Shown here one piece after another: positions 1 through 8,974 of a stretch of DNA of 64,000 bases. The stretch is from an uncultured Rikenellaceae bacterium. Lineage in GTDB: Bacteria > Bacteroidota > Bacteroidia > Bacteroidales > Rikenellaceae. The notes under the pieces were generated by a model that saw only the letters and a program-made list of their open reading frames with translations, did no database searches and was not told the origin of the DNA. Within the stretch, counting starts at the first letter, position 1. Each line of letters begins with the position of its first letter. Made by a program: the position numbers and the translations under genes. The DNA lies in the NCBI GenBank assembly GCA_904501625.1, contig CAJGBR010000001.1, forward strand, positions 2,589 through 66,588, given 5' to 3'.

Positions 1-88
1 ACTTTTTTTAGCAAATTTTAACTCATTGGCAAAAATTTTGCAAAATATCAAAAACATATATACAACATTATTTCAAAAACACAACATT

Positions 89-565
89 ATGAAATACAAA
101 ATACTCGCAACGATTTCAACTACGGCATTGCTATTTATCCTATTAGTATCCTACGATTCAGTTCCTCAGCAGTCTCCATCACAGATTGTACGACAACAAC
201 GACGCACCCTAAGAGCCGAAGCACGTCAAGAAAGATATGCTCAGGAAACTCGCTATATTGACTCGCTGATTCAATCCCGCAATTGGCAATTTACGCCCAC
301 TAGCATATCTCAGTTTACAGGTCCTACGCAGTCGATATTCCGCAACTATTACATTGACGTGTGGGATAACTACATTCGAGTATACCTACCTTATTATAAA
401 GGATACATAAATCAATATCTGACAATTCTGAATTTTGACATTCTCTCACCTCACGACTACACCATTGAGAAAATTCAGGACGGCTGGCACATCACCTTTT
501 CCGGAACCGATTTTACGGGTAACACCTACACATTTGTGTTCGACATTTCGACTCCGAGTGGCTAA
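89..565 (+). CDS. DUF4251-like secreted protein, possibly truncated by an in-frame TAA
   Basis: ORF 26..565. The internal ATG at 89 precedes a signal-like segment (MKYKILATISTTALLFILLV). An R/Q-rich helix is followed by a Tyr-rich beta region (VYLPYYKGY), as I recall for DUF4251. Family call is from memory. Confidence 0.6.
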   Translation: MKYKILATISTTALLFILLVSYDSVPQQSPSQIVRQQRRTLRAEARQERYAQETRYIDSLIQSRNWQFTPTSISQFTGPTQSIFRNYYIDVWDNYIRVYLPYYKGYINQYLTILNFDILSPHDYTIEKIQDGWHITFSGTDFTGNTYTFVFDISTPSG

Positions 566-705
566 GTGAATCTCGAGATTCGTTCTGCCTTCTACAACTC
601 AGTCAGTTACTCGGGCAGTATAAATTAGTCTAAACAAGTAGCAAAAAAGAGTCATTTCGTAGCACGATTTTTGCATCGAATTAATTGTAAAAAGTTCGAT
701 GCATT

Positions 706-1620
706 ATGAAAAAGATAATCATTTTTTCACTGCTGGGAGCAATGTTTTATCTCTCAGGTGAAGCTATAAAATCACGACGAGCGCTATTTTATGACAGATA
801 CACACTGGCTGACGACTATATATACAGAAACGAAAATCGCCGTATTCAAATTGAGAAGATTGACTCGGTGATTGAACTCATAATGAGATTTTCCGCAAGC
901 AATTCGACACTTGCCGCTATTGATAACTACAAAAACAAAAACGGCATTGCAGCACTTGTATCAGATTTCTGTGTAGACAGACACAATGCTATTCAAGACC
1001 GATTCGGCACACTGCGACATCAGTCTGCTCCGCTTTACAGAACCACATCAAGTTCCAATCCCGAAAGGTATGTTCGTGATGGCACACTCGTCGGTATTAT
1101 CAACAACGATTCAACGGATTTCACACTCATTGAAATCTCAACCATAAACGGCAGGTGGTTTGTTCCGAAACGTTACATCAGACAACTATCTACCGACAAG
1201 TTTAGGAAAGTCATAGTCGTAGACCGAAAATTCCAGAACATTGCAATTTGTGAGCATAGTGATTCAGGCTGGTGGCTTCGGGCAGTCAATCCTGCCACAA
1301 CAGGACTTGAACGAGCTCCTTACAAGCGAGCCACACCTTTGGGCATATTTTTAGTACAAAACAAACTGCGAAAAATGTCATTTTTAAAGGACGGCAGTTC
1401 TACAATTGCAGGATTTTCACCCTACGCCAGCAGATTCTCCGGAGGTGCTTACATTCACGGTATACCAACAAACTTTCCGGCACAAAACATCATAGAATGG
1501 AGTCACTCGCTGGGCACTACTCCGCGATCACATATGTGTGTACGCTGTGCAACCTCTCTCGCCAAATGGATATACGATTGGGCAGACTGCGACTCTACAA
1601 TCGTAGCCGTTATCGAATAA
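706..1620 (+). CDS. L,D-transpeptidase (YkuD) family protein
   Basis: N-terminal signal peptide. The C-terminal motif HGIP...TPRSHMCVRC matches the YkuD His/Cys catalytic signature (SHGC[IV]R-like). Confidence 0.75.
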   Translation: MKKIIIFSLLGAMFYLSGEAIKSRRALFYDRYTLADDYIYRNENRRIQIEKIDSVIELIMRFSASNSTLAAIDNYKNKNGIAALVSDFCVDRHNAIQDRFGTLRHQSAPLYRTTSSSNPERYVRDGTLVGIINNDSTDFTLIEISTINGRWFVPKRYIRQLSTDKFRKVIVVDRKFQNIAICEHSDSGWWLRAVNPATTGLERAPYKRATPLGIFLVQNKLRKMSFLKDGSSTIAGFSPYASRFSGGAYIHGIPTNFPAQNIIEWSHSLGTTPRSHMCVRCATSLAKWIYDWADCDSTIVAVIE

Positions 1621-1635
1621 CAACACAAAACAATC

Positions 1636-2820
1636 TTATAATTCTGAAAGTATCGAAATAAACTCGTCACACACCGAATCAATCTCCTCAGATGTTATTG
1701 TCAGTGAAGGAGATATCCTCATAGACTCGGGTGCAAACAAATATGATTCTGTCAACATTCCTGCATCTGTCAACTTTTTAACCACTCGATTGCACATCTC
1801 CACACTGCCCCAATCCAGAGCAAGCAATAATCCCACTCGACGTATCTCTTTCAAACCTTTGATATTTTTCAATCTCTGCACAAACTGTTCACCTTTTTCG
1901 TCAGCCTTCAGATGCAACCCACTCTCGAGAAGATATTCAAATGATGCCAACCCCGCAGCACAACACACAGGGTGTCCGCCAAAGGTTGTAATATGACCCA
2001 ACACCGGATTACGTTTCAGACAATCCATTATCTCTGACGAAGATACAAATGCACCCAACGGCATTCCTCCCCCTAAAGCCTTTGCAAGACACATAACATC
2101 GGGAACAACTCCAACTCTCTGCCAACCCCATAAATTTCCTGTACGACCAAAAGCCGTCTGCACTTCATCATAAATCAGCAGTGCTCCAACTTCGGTACAT
2201 CTTGCTCTCAAAGCACGAATCCATTCCTCCGAAGGCACCCTGACTCCACCCTCACCCTGAATTGGCTCAATCAAAACCGCAGCCGTACGAGTGGTTATAT
2301 ATTGCAAATCCTCTATCGAGTCATATCTTATCTGACGCACATCAGGCAATAACGGACGGAATGCCTCTCTGAAAGTTTCGCCACCCATCATACTGATTGC
2401 TCCGTGGGTCGATCCGTGATAGGCATTGCGACAAGATATCAACTCCGAACGACCAGTCCATCTCTTAGAAAGTTTCAATGCACCTTCTATAGCCTCGCTA
2501 CCAGAATTAACAAAATAGACTGTCGACAATTTTTCTGGTAGCTCATTTGCCAAGGCAACGGCATATTTCACCTGAGGAGATTCAATAACCTCTCCGTAAA
2601 CCATCACGTGCATATATTTTTGAGCCTGCTGACAAACTGCATCAATCACCTTTTTATTTGCGTGTCCCGTATTGCACACAGTCACCCCAGATATCAGGTC
2701 GGTATATTTCTTGCCATCAGGTCCATAAAAATATATCCCCTCGGCACGTTCCACCTCCATCATCAATGGCATATCAGATGTCTGACCTACGTGGGTCAAA
2801 AACAGATCTTTCATTCTCAT
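1636..2820 (-). CDS. Class III PLP-dependent aminotransferase (acetylornithine/ornithine aminotransferase family)
   Basis: Motifs GSEAIEGALKLSK, LIYDEVQTAFGRTG and the PLP-lysine region MCLAKALGGGMPLGA. The start is taken at an internal Met (2820 or 2814), because the ORF-track start at 2877 lies inside the upstream trmH. Confidence 0.85.
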   Translation of the reverse strand: MRMKDLFLTHVGQTSDMPLMMEVERAEGIYFYGPDGKKYTDLISGVTVCNTGHANKKVIDAVCQQAQKYMHVMVYGEVIESPQVKYAVALANELPEKLSTVYFVNSGSEAIEGALKLSKRWTGRSELISCRNAYHGSTHGAISMMGGETFREAFRPLLPDVRQIRYDSIEDLQYITTRTAAVLIEPIQGEGGVRVPSEEWIRALRARCTEVGALLIYDEVQTAFGRTGNLWGWQRVGVVPDVMCLAKALGGGMPLGAFVSSSEIMDCLKRNPVLGHITTFGGHPVCCAAGLASFEYLLESGLHLKADEKGEQFVQRLKNIKGLKEIRRVGLLLALDWGSVEMCNRVVKKLTDAGMLTESYLFAPESMRISPSLTITSEEIDSVCDEFISILSEL

Positions 2821-3500
2821 TTTCCGAATCTCCTTTCCAAAATTTTTTGCGAATCCTGAATACTTCCGCACATCCATCTAAATAGTATCTTCATCTGTTC
2901 ACTTTGGCTCAATCTCCAATCAACATCAGAGGCTCTGAGTTTTTCCAGCAGTCGCTGCATTACGATTGCGGCACAAACCGACACATTCAGACTCTCTACA
3001 AAACCGAACATTGGGATTTTCAAAAACTCATCAGCCTGACGCACCACATCATCAGAAATACCTGCGTGTTCGGTACCAAAAAATACAGCAAACTTTCCAC
3101 GAGTTACATCAAATGTTTCCGGAGTCAGATCACCTTCGTGTGGCGTAGTTGCAACGATGCGGTATCCCGCACGCTTCAAATCTCCAATAACAGCACTCGT
3201 AGAACCTCCCTCATAAGCCCTGTAACGATACAGATCGATCCATTTGTCTGTTCCACGCACGATTTTCGTATTCGGATCAAAACGTGTCAATGTCTCAACT
3301 GTATATATATCCTGCAACCCGAAAGCCTCAGCTGTTCTGACTACAGCACTCGCATTCTGAGGATGAAACGTATTCTCAAGACATATAGTCATATATCTGG
3401 TACGCTGCGACACGACCTGACACATTCGTTCGAATCGTTCAGCCAACATAAACGACTCAAGGTACTCGATTTTCTCCTCAACGTCGATATTTTCCACCAT
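2817..3500 (-). CDS. trmH: tRNA (guanosine-2'-O)-methyltransferase, SpoU/TrmH family
   Basis: 227 aa, collinear with E. coli TrmH as I recall it (NASAVVRTAEAFG, FGTEHAGIS, IPMFGFVESLNVSV). Confidence 0.8.
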   Translation of the reverse strand: MVENIDVEEKIEYLESFMLAERFERMCQVVSQRTRYMTICLENTFHPQNASAVVRTAEAFGLQDIYTVETLTRFDPNTKIVRGTDKWIDLYRYRAYEGGSTSAVIGDLKRAGYRIVATTPHEGDLTPETFDVTRGKFAVFFGTEHAGISDDVVRQADEFLKIPMFGFVESLNVSVCAAIVMQRLLEKLRASDVDWRLSQSEQMKILFRWMCGSIQDSQKILERRFGK

Positions 3501-4416
3501 CGTCCAGCAATTTTAGGTAACTGATATATCTTGAATATGGGATCTCCTCAGCTTCAACAGCGCACTTTACAGCACAACCTGGCTCGTGTGTATGCGAACA
3601 ATTTCCATACTGACACCCCTCTGATGCACGGAATATCTCGGGGAAGTAGTGACCTATCTCATCTGTAGCAATGTCAACTACACCGAATCCTTTTATCCCC
3701 GGAGTATCTACAAGGTAGCCTCCACCGGACAAGGGATACATCTCTGAGAATGTCGTAGTATGTTTCCCACGATTATTCACATCTGAAATCTCACCCGTAC
3801 GAGGGGTAAACCCTGGTATCAGGGATCCAATCAAAGTTGATTTTCCAACGCCTGAATTACCCGTAAACAACGACACCTTATCCGACAACATCTCGTTCAG
3901 TTGCTCCAGACCGATTCTCTCCGTAGCTGAAACCTCCAGAACCTGATACCCTATTTTATTATAGGTATAAACAAAATCCTGACGCATCTGTTCCAGAATT
4001 TCATCTTTATACAAATCGGATTTATTCAGTATAATAATAGGTGGAACATTATAGGCCTCTGCCGTAACCAACAATCTATCGATAAATTCTCGACTTGTCG
4101 GAGGTCTGTCTAGAGTTACGATGATAAACACTTGATCAAGATTGGCAGCAATAATATGCGACTCCTTTGAAAGATTCGATGCTCGACGTATAATATAATT
4201 ACGACGCGGAACAATATCTACAATTACTCTCTGTCCTGTCGCATCAATTTCATACTCAACCCAATCTCCTACGGCAACAGGATTGGTAGTTCTGATCTCT
4301 CTCAAACGAATTTTCCCTTTGATTCGACACTCAACCCACTCACCCTGAGCATCAACAACCGTATAGATATTACCAACAGATTTAACAACCAGCCCTCTGT
4401 GCAGATTACTTGCCAT
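3478..4416 (-). CDS. rsgA: Ribosome small-subunit-dependent GTPase A
   Basis: Circularly permuted GTPase motifs (NKSDL ... GNSGVGKSTLI ... DTPG). C-terminal zinc knuckle C..C.H..EPGCAV. Confidence 0.92.
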   Translation of the reverse strand: MASNLHRGLVVKSVGNIYTVVDAQGEWVECRIKGKIRLREIRTTNPVAVGDWVEYEIDATGQRVIVDIVPRRNYIIRRASNLSKESHIIAANLDQVFIIVTLDRPPTSREFIDRLLVTAEAYNVPPIIILNKSDLYKDEILEQMRQDFVYTYNKIGYQVLEVSATERIGLEQLNEMLSDKVSLFTGNSGVGKSTLIGSLIPGFTPRTGEISDVNNRGKHTTTFSEMYPLSGGGYLVDTPGIKGFGVVDIATDEIGHYFPEIFRASEGCQYGNCSHTHEPGCAVKCAVEAEEIPYSRYISYLKLLDDGGKYRR

Positions 4417-4897
4417 TTTTATCCTTGTTTAAATCCAACAGATATGGGAATACGACTGACGAAACCTTCTCAATCGGTCGATATAATTTTGCATCATCAA
4501 GTTTTGACTGCTCAACACACTTGGTATTTCTATTTACCAAATCAAAACCCATAATCAGAACACTCAACAAAAGGCTCATTTTTATAAGTGCCAATACGAC
4601 GCCCCCCAGTTTATTTATTATTGAGAGTCCAACACAATCAAAAAGTTTTCCGAGCAATTTTCCGAGCAACCCTACTGCCACAATAACGACCAAAACTACC
4701 ACAAGAAAACCTACAACCTGACAAATTGCCTCAGGTGCATTCAACCACGCACCGACTTGTGCTGCATATTTGAAGGCCAACCACACTCCCAACAGCAATC
4801 CGGCAATACCACCAAGCTGTGCAATAATACCATCTTTGTATCCAACCACAATTGCCCACAACAGCGGCACAATCAAAATTATATCAATCCAATTCAT
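4406..4897 (-). CDS. cvpA: CvpA family membrane protein
   Basis: 163 aa with four hydrophobic segments. The N-terminus MNWIDIILIVPLLW...GYKDG is typical of colicin V production protein family members. Confidence 0.75.
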   Translation of the reverse strand: MNWIDIILIVPLLWAIVVGYKDGIIAQLGGIAGLLLGVWLAFKYAAQVGAWLNAPEAICQVVGFLVVVLVVIVAVGLLGKLLGKLFDCVGLSIINKLGGVVLALIKMSLLLSVLIMGFDLVNRNTKCVEQSKLDDAKLYRPIEKVSSVVFPYLLDLNKDKNGK

Positions 4898-4920
4898 ATT
4901 ATCTGATTATTACGTTCGTG

Positions 4921-4928
4921 CAAAATTA
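4921..4928 (-). promoter_or_regulatory. Bacteroidetes -7 promoter box (TAATTTTG on the minus strand) upstream of the cvpA operon
   Basis: Plus-strand CAAAATTA is the reverse complement of TAnnTTTG, 24 nt upstream of the cvpA ATG. No well-spaced -33 box. Confidence 0.45.
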
Positions 4929-4965
4929 TTAATTATTCTACAAAATAAATAAATTGTTCAAAAAA

Positions 4966-4996
4966 TTTGAGAATTTAAAAAAAGGAATTACCTTTG
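4966..4996 (+). promoter_or_regulatory. Bacteroidetes sigma-A type promoter for rpsF-rpsR-rplI
   Basis: TTTG (4966-4969), 19 nt spacer, TACCTTTG (4989-4996), 45 nt upstream of the rpsF ATG. It lies inside the ORF-track extension that starts at 4954, which argues against that start. Confidence 0.7.
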
Positions 4997-5040
4997 CGAC
5001 GCTTTTTGCATTAAAGTGTTTAACAAAATTTAACTTATTT

Positions 5041-5385
5041 ATGAATCGTTACGAAACCGTTTTCATTGCCACACCCGTTTTATCGGATGCTCAGTTGAAG
5101 GAACTGTTTGGCAAATTCCGCGGTGTCATCACCGAAAACGGCGGTCAAATCGTTAATGAAGAGGAATGGGGTTTGAAAAATCTCGCTTATCCGATTCAAA
5201 AGAAGACCACCGGTTATTACTTCCTTCTCGAATTCAGCGCAGAAGGAGATATCGTTAACAAACTCGAAACTGCTTACCGTCGCGACGAACGCATCATTCG
5301 TTTCTTGACTTTCAGACTCGACAAGTACGCTATCGAATATGCTGAAAAACGTAAAAATCAACTTAACAAAAAAAAGGAGGAATAA
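5041..5385 (+). CDS. rpsF: 30S ribosomal protein S6
   Basis: [16 protein letters not shown]...[12 protein letters not shown] is the canonical bS6 sequence. Start moved to the ATG at 5041, downstream of the promoter. Confidence 0.95.
   Translation: MNRYETVFIATPVLSDAQLKELFGKFRGVITENGGQIVNEEEWGLKNLAYPIQKKTTGYYFLLEFSAEGDIVNKLETAYRRDERIIRFLTFRLDKYAIEYAEKRKNQLNKKKEE
5375..5380 (+). promoter_or_regulatory. Strong Shine-Dalgarno-like AGGAGG 8 nt upstream of the rpsR ATG
   Basis: AAAAAGGAGGAATAAtccATG. The element lies in the last codons of rpsF. Confidence 0.6.
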
Positions 5386-5388
5386 TCC

Positions 5389-5658
5389 ATGTCAACAGTA
5401 TCTCAAGAAATCAGATATCTTAATCCTCCTACAGTAGAGGTTAAGAAGAAAAAATACTGCCGTTTCAAAAAGAGTGGTATTAAGTATATCGACTACAAGG
5501 ATCCTGAATTCCTGAAAAAGTTCTTGAACGAACAAGGTAAAATTTTACCTCGACGTCTCACTGGAACTTCACAAAAATACCAAAAGAAAGTGGCTCAAGC
5601 TGTTAAACGTGCTCGTCACCTTGCGTTGCTGCCATTTGTAACCGATATGTTGAAATAA
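5389..5658 (+). CDS. rpsR: 30S ribosomal protein S18
   Basis: YCRF...IDYKD...LKKF..E.GKILPRR.TG....QKKV..AVKRAR.LALLP is the bS18 signature. Confidence 0.95.
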   Translation: MSTVSQEIRYLNPPTVEVKKKKYCRFKKSGIKYIDYKDPEFLKKFLNEQGKILPRRLTGTSQKYQKKVAQAVKRARHLALLPFVTDMLK

Positions 5659-5662
5659 TTGC

Positions 5663-5667
5663 GGAGG
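5663..5667 (+). promoter_or_regulatory. Shine-Dalgarno-like GGAGG 9 nt upstream of the rplI ATG
   Basis: tGCGGAGGActcttattATG. Confidence 0.5.
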
Positions 5668-5676
5668 ACTCTTATT

Positions 5677-6120
5677 ATGGAAATCATTCTGATTAAAGAC
5701 GTTGAAAATTTGGGTAGCCGCAACGATATCGTTAACGTTCGTCCGGGTTACGCTAATAACTACCTGATTCCTCAGGGTTTTGCAAAAACAGCTACTGCAT
5801 CTGCAAAGAAAGTGTTGGCTGAAAATATTCGTCAACAAGCTCACAAAGAAGCTAGATTGCTCGAAGAAGCTCAAGCTACAGCAGGTAAATTGGCTGAATT
5901 GACACTCTCTTTCACAGCTAAAGTTGCTGAGGAAGGTAACAAAATCTTTGGTTCTATAACTACAGCTCAAGTGGCTGAAGCTCTCGAAGCTAAAGGTTTT
6001 GCTTTCGACAAGAAAGTTATCACTGTTGACACAGTTAAAGAATTGGGTACTTATAGTGCTTTCGTTAAACTTCACAAAGCAGTTACTGCTGAGGTTAAGT
6101 TCGAAGTTGTTGCTGAGTAG
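5677..6120 (+). CDS. rplI: 50S ribosomal protein L9
   Basis: MEIILIKDVENLG...VRPGYANNYLIPQG.A is the canonical bL9 N-terminus. The ATG at 5677 is preferred over the TTG at 5659. Confidence 0.95.
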   Translation: MEIILIKDVENLGSRNDIVNVRPGYANNYLIPQGFAKTATASAKKVLAENIRQQAHKEARLLEEAQATAGKLAELTLSFTAKVAEEGNKIFGSITTAQVAEALEAKGFAFDKKVITVDTVKELGTYSAFVKLHKAVTAEVKFEVVAE

Positions 6121-6137
6121 TCACCATTCGACAAATA

Positions 6138-6170
6138 TAAAAAGGCTGTCTGTAAAGGCAGCCTTTTTTC
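6138..6170. terminator. Bidirectional rho-independent terminator between rplI (+) and ftsZ (-)
   Basis: AAAGGCTG (6141-6148) pairs with CAGCCTTT (6159-6166). An A-run lies on the left and a T-run on the right. Confidence 0.75.
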
Positions 6171-6227
6171 GTACTCATATAAAAAAGAGGGAGATAAGTT
6201 CAACACCCATATCCCTCTGTTCTGTTA

Positions 6228-7508
6228 TTAATGCTTGAACAATTCTGCATTACTACCCGACACATCTTTACCACTTGTTTTTGTAGACTCGGTTCGTGTA
6301 TTATCAAACACCATTTTACGTCTTATAAACGCAGGTCTAGATTCCCAATCCTCGTAATCGATGTCTACGATTGCCGGACGCGACGGACTTGTTGCGATAA
6401 CTTCAGTTTTAGGTTCTTCAGGCAATTTATCTTTTTGTTCTCGTTGACGTTTCAACTCTTCCATTCTACGTTCGGCCTCCTTGGCTGCGTCAGTTTTCAG
6501 ATCTACCTCTTTATTGAATCCCGTAGCAATAATAGTCACCGAATTCTGATCGCCCAACGACTCATCACGACCTGCTCCCCAGATGATATCCGTACCACCT
6601 GTCATAAACTGCAACTCTTCCATTACACTATGCAACTCGTTCAGCGTAATTTCATCTCGACCACAACTTATATAGGCCAAAATTTTCTGAGCACCTCCGA
6701 TATCATTATGATTGAGCAGTGGCGACTCAAGAGAGTCTATCATTGCCTTTTTTATTGATTCATTTCCCGGACTCACAGCCATACACATCAATGACACACC
6801 ACTATCACGCATAATAGATTTAACATCTTCCATATCGGCGTTCACATACCCGTGTCCGTAGATAATGCTCGTAATTGACTTCACTGCCGTAGCCAACACC
6901 TCATCAGCCTTTTTAAATGCTTCACTATAAGCCAAAGAACCATACATTTCTCGAATGTTCTCATTATTTATAATCAATAATGCATCAACATTCTTTTTCA
7001 ACTCTTCGATACCACGTTCGGCTTGTCCACAACGTTTTGGTCCCTCTGCACGCAATGGCATCGTAACTACACCCACAGTCAGGATTCCCTCTTTTTTAGC
7101 TGCAGCTGCTATAACAGGAGCCGCACCGGTTCCGGTTCCACCGCCCATTCCGGCCGTTACAAAGAGCATTTCCGTATTGTTAGCTCTGAAGTGTGACACT
7201 ATATCGTTTATCGATTTTTCTGCCTCCTCGCGTCCTTTTTCGGGATTATTGCCAGCGCCAAGACCTGATCCAAGACAGATCTTCAACGGGACACGACTAT
7301 GCTCCAAAGCCTGACGGTCTGTATTACAAACTATATATGTCACCACATCAGTTTCGACCTCTTCACCACGATCCTCTCTAATCTTATCGTCTGCGACTTT
7401 AAGATTGAACATATGGTTAACGGCATTGTTTCCACCTCCACCAACTCCTATCACTGTGATTATCGAGTTTGAGGATACTGGTGCATCAAAATCTATCAAT
7501 TTTTCCAT
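6228..7508 (-). CDS. ftsZ: Cell division protein FtsZ
   Basis: GVGGGGNNAV, the tubulin signature GGGTGTGAAPVIA, and the C-terminal peptide PAFIRR. Confidence 0.97.
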   Translation of the reverse strand: MEKLIDFDAPVSSNSIITVIGVGGGGNNAVNHMFNLKVADDKIREDRGEEVETDVVTYIVCNTDRQALEHSRVPLKICLGSGLGAGNNPEKGREEAEKSINDIVSHFRANNTEMLFVTAGMGGGTGTGAAPVIAAAAKKEGILTVGVVTMPLRAEGPKRCGQAERGIEELKKNVDALLIINNENIREMYGSLAYSEAFKKADEVLATAVKSITSIIYGHGYVNADMEDVKSIMRDSGVSLMCMAVSPGNESIKKAMIDSLESPLLNHNDIGGAQKILAYISCGRDEITLNELHSVMEELQFMTGGTDIIWGAGRDESLGDQNSVTIIATGFNKEVDLKTDAAKEAERRMEELKRQREQKDKLPEEPKTEVIATSPSRPAIVDIDYEDWESRPAFIRRKMVFDNTRTESTKTSGKDVSGSNAELFKH

Positions 7509-7529
7509 ATCTTATTGACAATCTAACAA

Positions 7530-8960
7530 TTACAAATCATCATAGCCAGAGTTTCCTTTTCTATTTCTCGACTCTGACTTCTTATCTTCATCAACGACTT
7601 CAAATAGTCCGTTAACTTTATCGATAAAATTTTTGATAAACGATCCGAATTTCTTAGGTACATCTACCGTTTTTTTCGTGGGTTCATCATAAGTTTCTTC
7701 CTCCTGAGTTTCGTCATTTTGATACTCTTCGTCAGGTTCCTCTTCTTTAGACACAACTACTTTGACCTCTTCCTTCTTGATTTCAAGTTGTTCAACAGCC
7801 TTGGTGTATGTCACTAATCCATCTTTCACACCTTTTATCATAATACCCATCGCCGGGATATAACTCAAATCGTTGTAGAAATTATTCTCACCCACATCTA
7901 TTCCGCAACTTGAACTTGCGATTCTCACGGGCATCTTCATACTCTTAGAGAACAATTCATCAATTTTATCAAAACGGGCAGAACCACCGGTCAATACGAT
8001 ACCACCTTCAAGCAACTTTGCGTATCCCGACTTGTTGAGTTCATTCTGCACAGCCTCGATAATATCCATCAATCGAGCCTCGATAATCATCGAGAGATTT
8101 TTCTGAGAAATACCTTTTTTTGACGAGTATCCGACAGTCGAAACGGGCAGTATCTGTGTTGAGGCATACTCAGCCATTGCCACACCTCTGAGTTTCAAAT
8201 CTTCAGCACAACGTTCCAAGATTCCGGCCTGACGAATATCTTTGTTAATCAGGTCTCCTCCAATGGGAATAACACTGACATATCGGACAATATTATCGTG
8301 ATACACAGCCAAGTCTGTAGTACCTGCGCCGATATCAACCACAACAACACCGAGTTCTTTTTCGTCTTCACTCAATACGGCTTCTGCAGCAGCAACTCCG
8401 TTTAACACATATCCTACGGCCCTCACACCAACACGATGCAGACACTTCTCAATACGACCTACGGCAGCCTTGTCATTTGTTACGATATTAAATTCGGCCT
8501 CAAGTTTTTTACCCATCATACCTACGGGTTGTCTGATATCACGTTCTCCATCGACCGAATAATTCTGAGCCGAAATATGTATAATACTTTCACCGACACC
8601 AACTTGTGCGTTCAGCATCGATTTATTAAGCAGCTGGAGGTCTGCCTCTTTGACTTCACCTTCATTATTTTCGACAAAGACATAACCCGATTGTTTTCTA
8701 CACTTTATACTCGGACCCGACATTCCGACTACAGCTTCAGAGATTTCAATTCCGAGTTCAGTCTCGAGATCTGTAATTGCTTGTTTAATCGCCTTTGTAC
8801 TCGACTCGATATTTTTTATATCACCACGCATAAATCCCTCTGAAGCACACATTGCTCCTGTGACCAATTCAATGCGTCCGTCCTCTGTAGGACGTCCTGC
8901 CAAAGCGACGACATTCGCTGTTCCGGCATCTATTGCTATGATATAATTCTCAGTGTTCAT
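7530..8960 (-). CDS. ftsA: Cell division protein FtsA
   Basis: Actin-fold motifs (IDAGTANV, VVDIGAGTTDLAV, GIVLTGGSA). C-terminal amphipathic helix FGSFIKNFIDKVNGLF. Located between ftsQ and ftsZ. Confidence 0.93.
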   Translation of the reverse strand: MNTENYIIAIDAGTANVVALAGRPTEDGRIELVTGAMCASEGFMRGDIKNIESSTKAIKQAITDLETELGIEISEAVVGMSGPSIKCRKQSGYVFVENNEGEVKEADLQLLNKSMLNAQVGVGESIIHISAQNYSVDGERDIRQPVGMMGKKLEAEFNIVTNDKAAVGRIEKCLHRVGVRAVGYVLNGVAAAEAVLSEDEKELGVVVVDIGAGTTDLAVYHDNIVRYVSVIPIGGDLINKDIRQAGILERCAEDLKLRGVAMAEYASTQILPVSTVGYSSKKGISQKNLSMIIEARLMDIIEAVQNELNKSGYAKLLEGGIVLTGGSARFDKIDELFSKSMKMPVRIASSSCGIDVGENNFYNDLSYIPAMGIMIKGVKDGLVTYTKAVEQLEIKKEEVKVVVSKEEEPDEEYQNDETQEEETYDEPTKKTVDVPKKFGSFIKNFIDKVNGLFEVVDEDKKSESRNRKGNSGYDDL

Positions 8961-8974
8961 TATTTTTTATTTCA

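Noticed and set aside
4954-5040. N-terminal extensions of ORF-track starts: rpsF 4954, rluB 25743, dpp4 36938, lipoprotein 39484, bamD 52113, rplI 5659, purN 59127 and MBL 28141.
   Set aside because: A TAnnTTTG -7 box lies inside or downstream of the proposed start in most cases. In others, a non-ATG codon precedes an ATG that begins the canonical N-terminus or signal peptide. Shorter starts were adopted.
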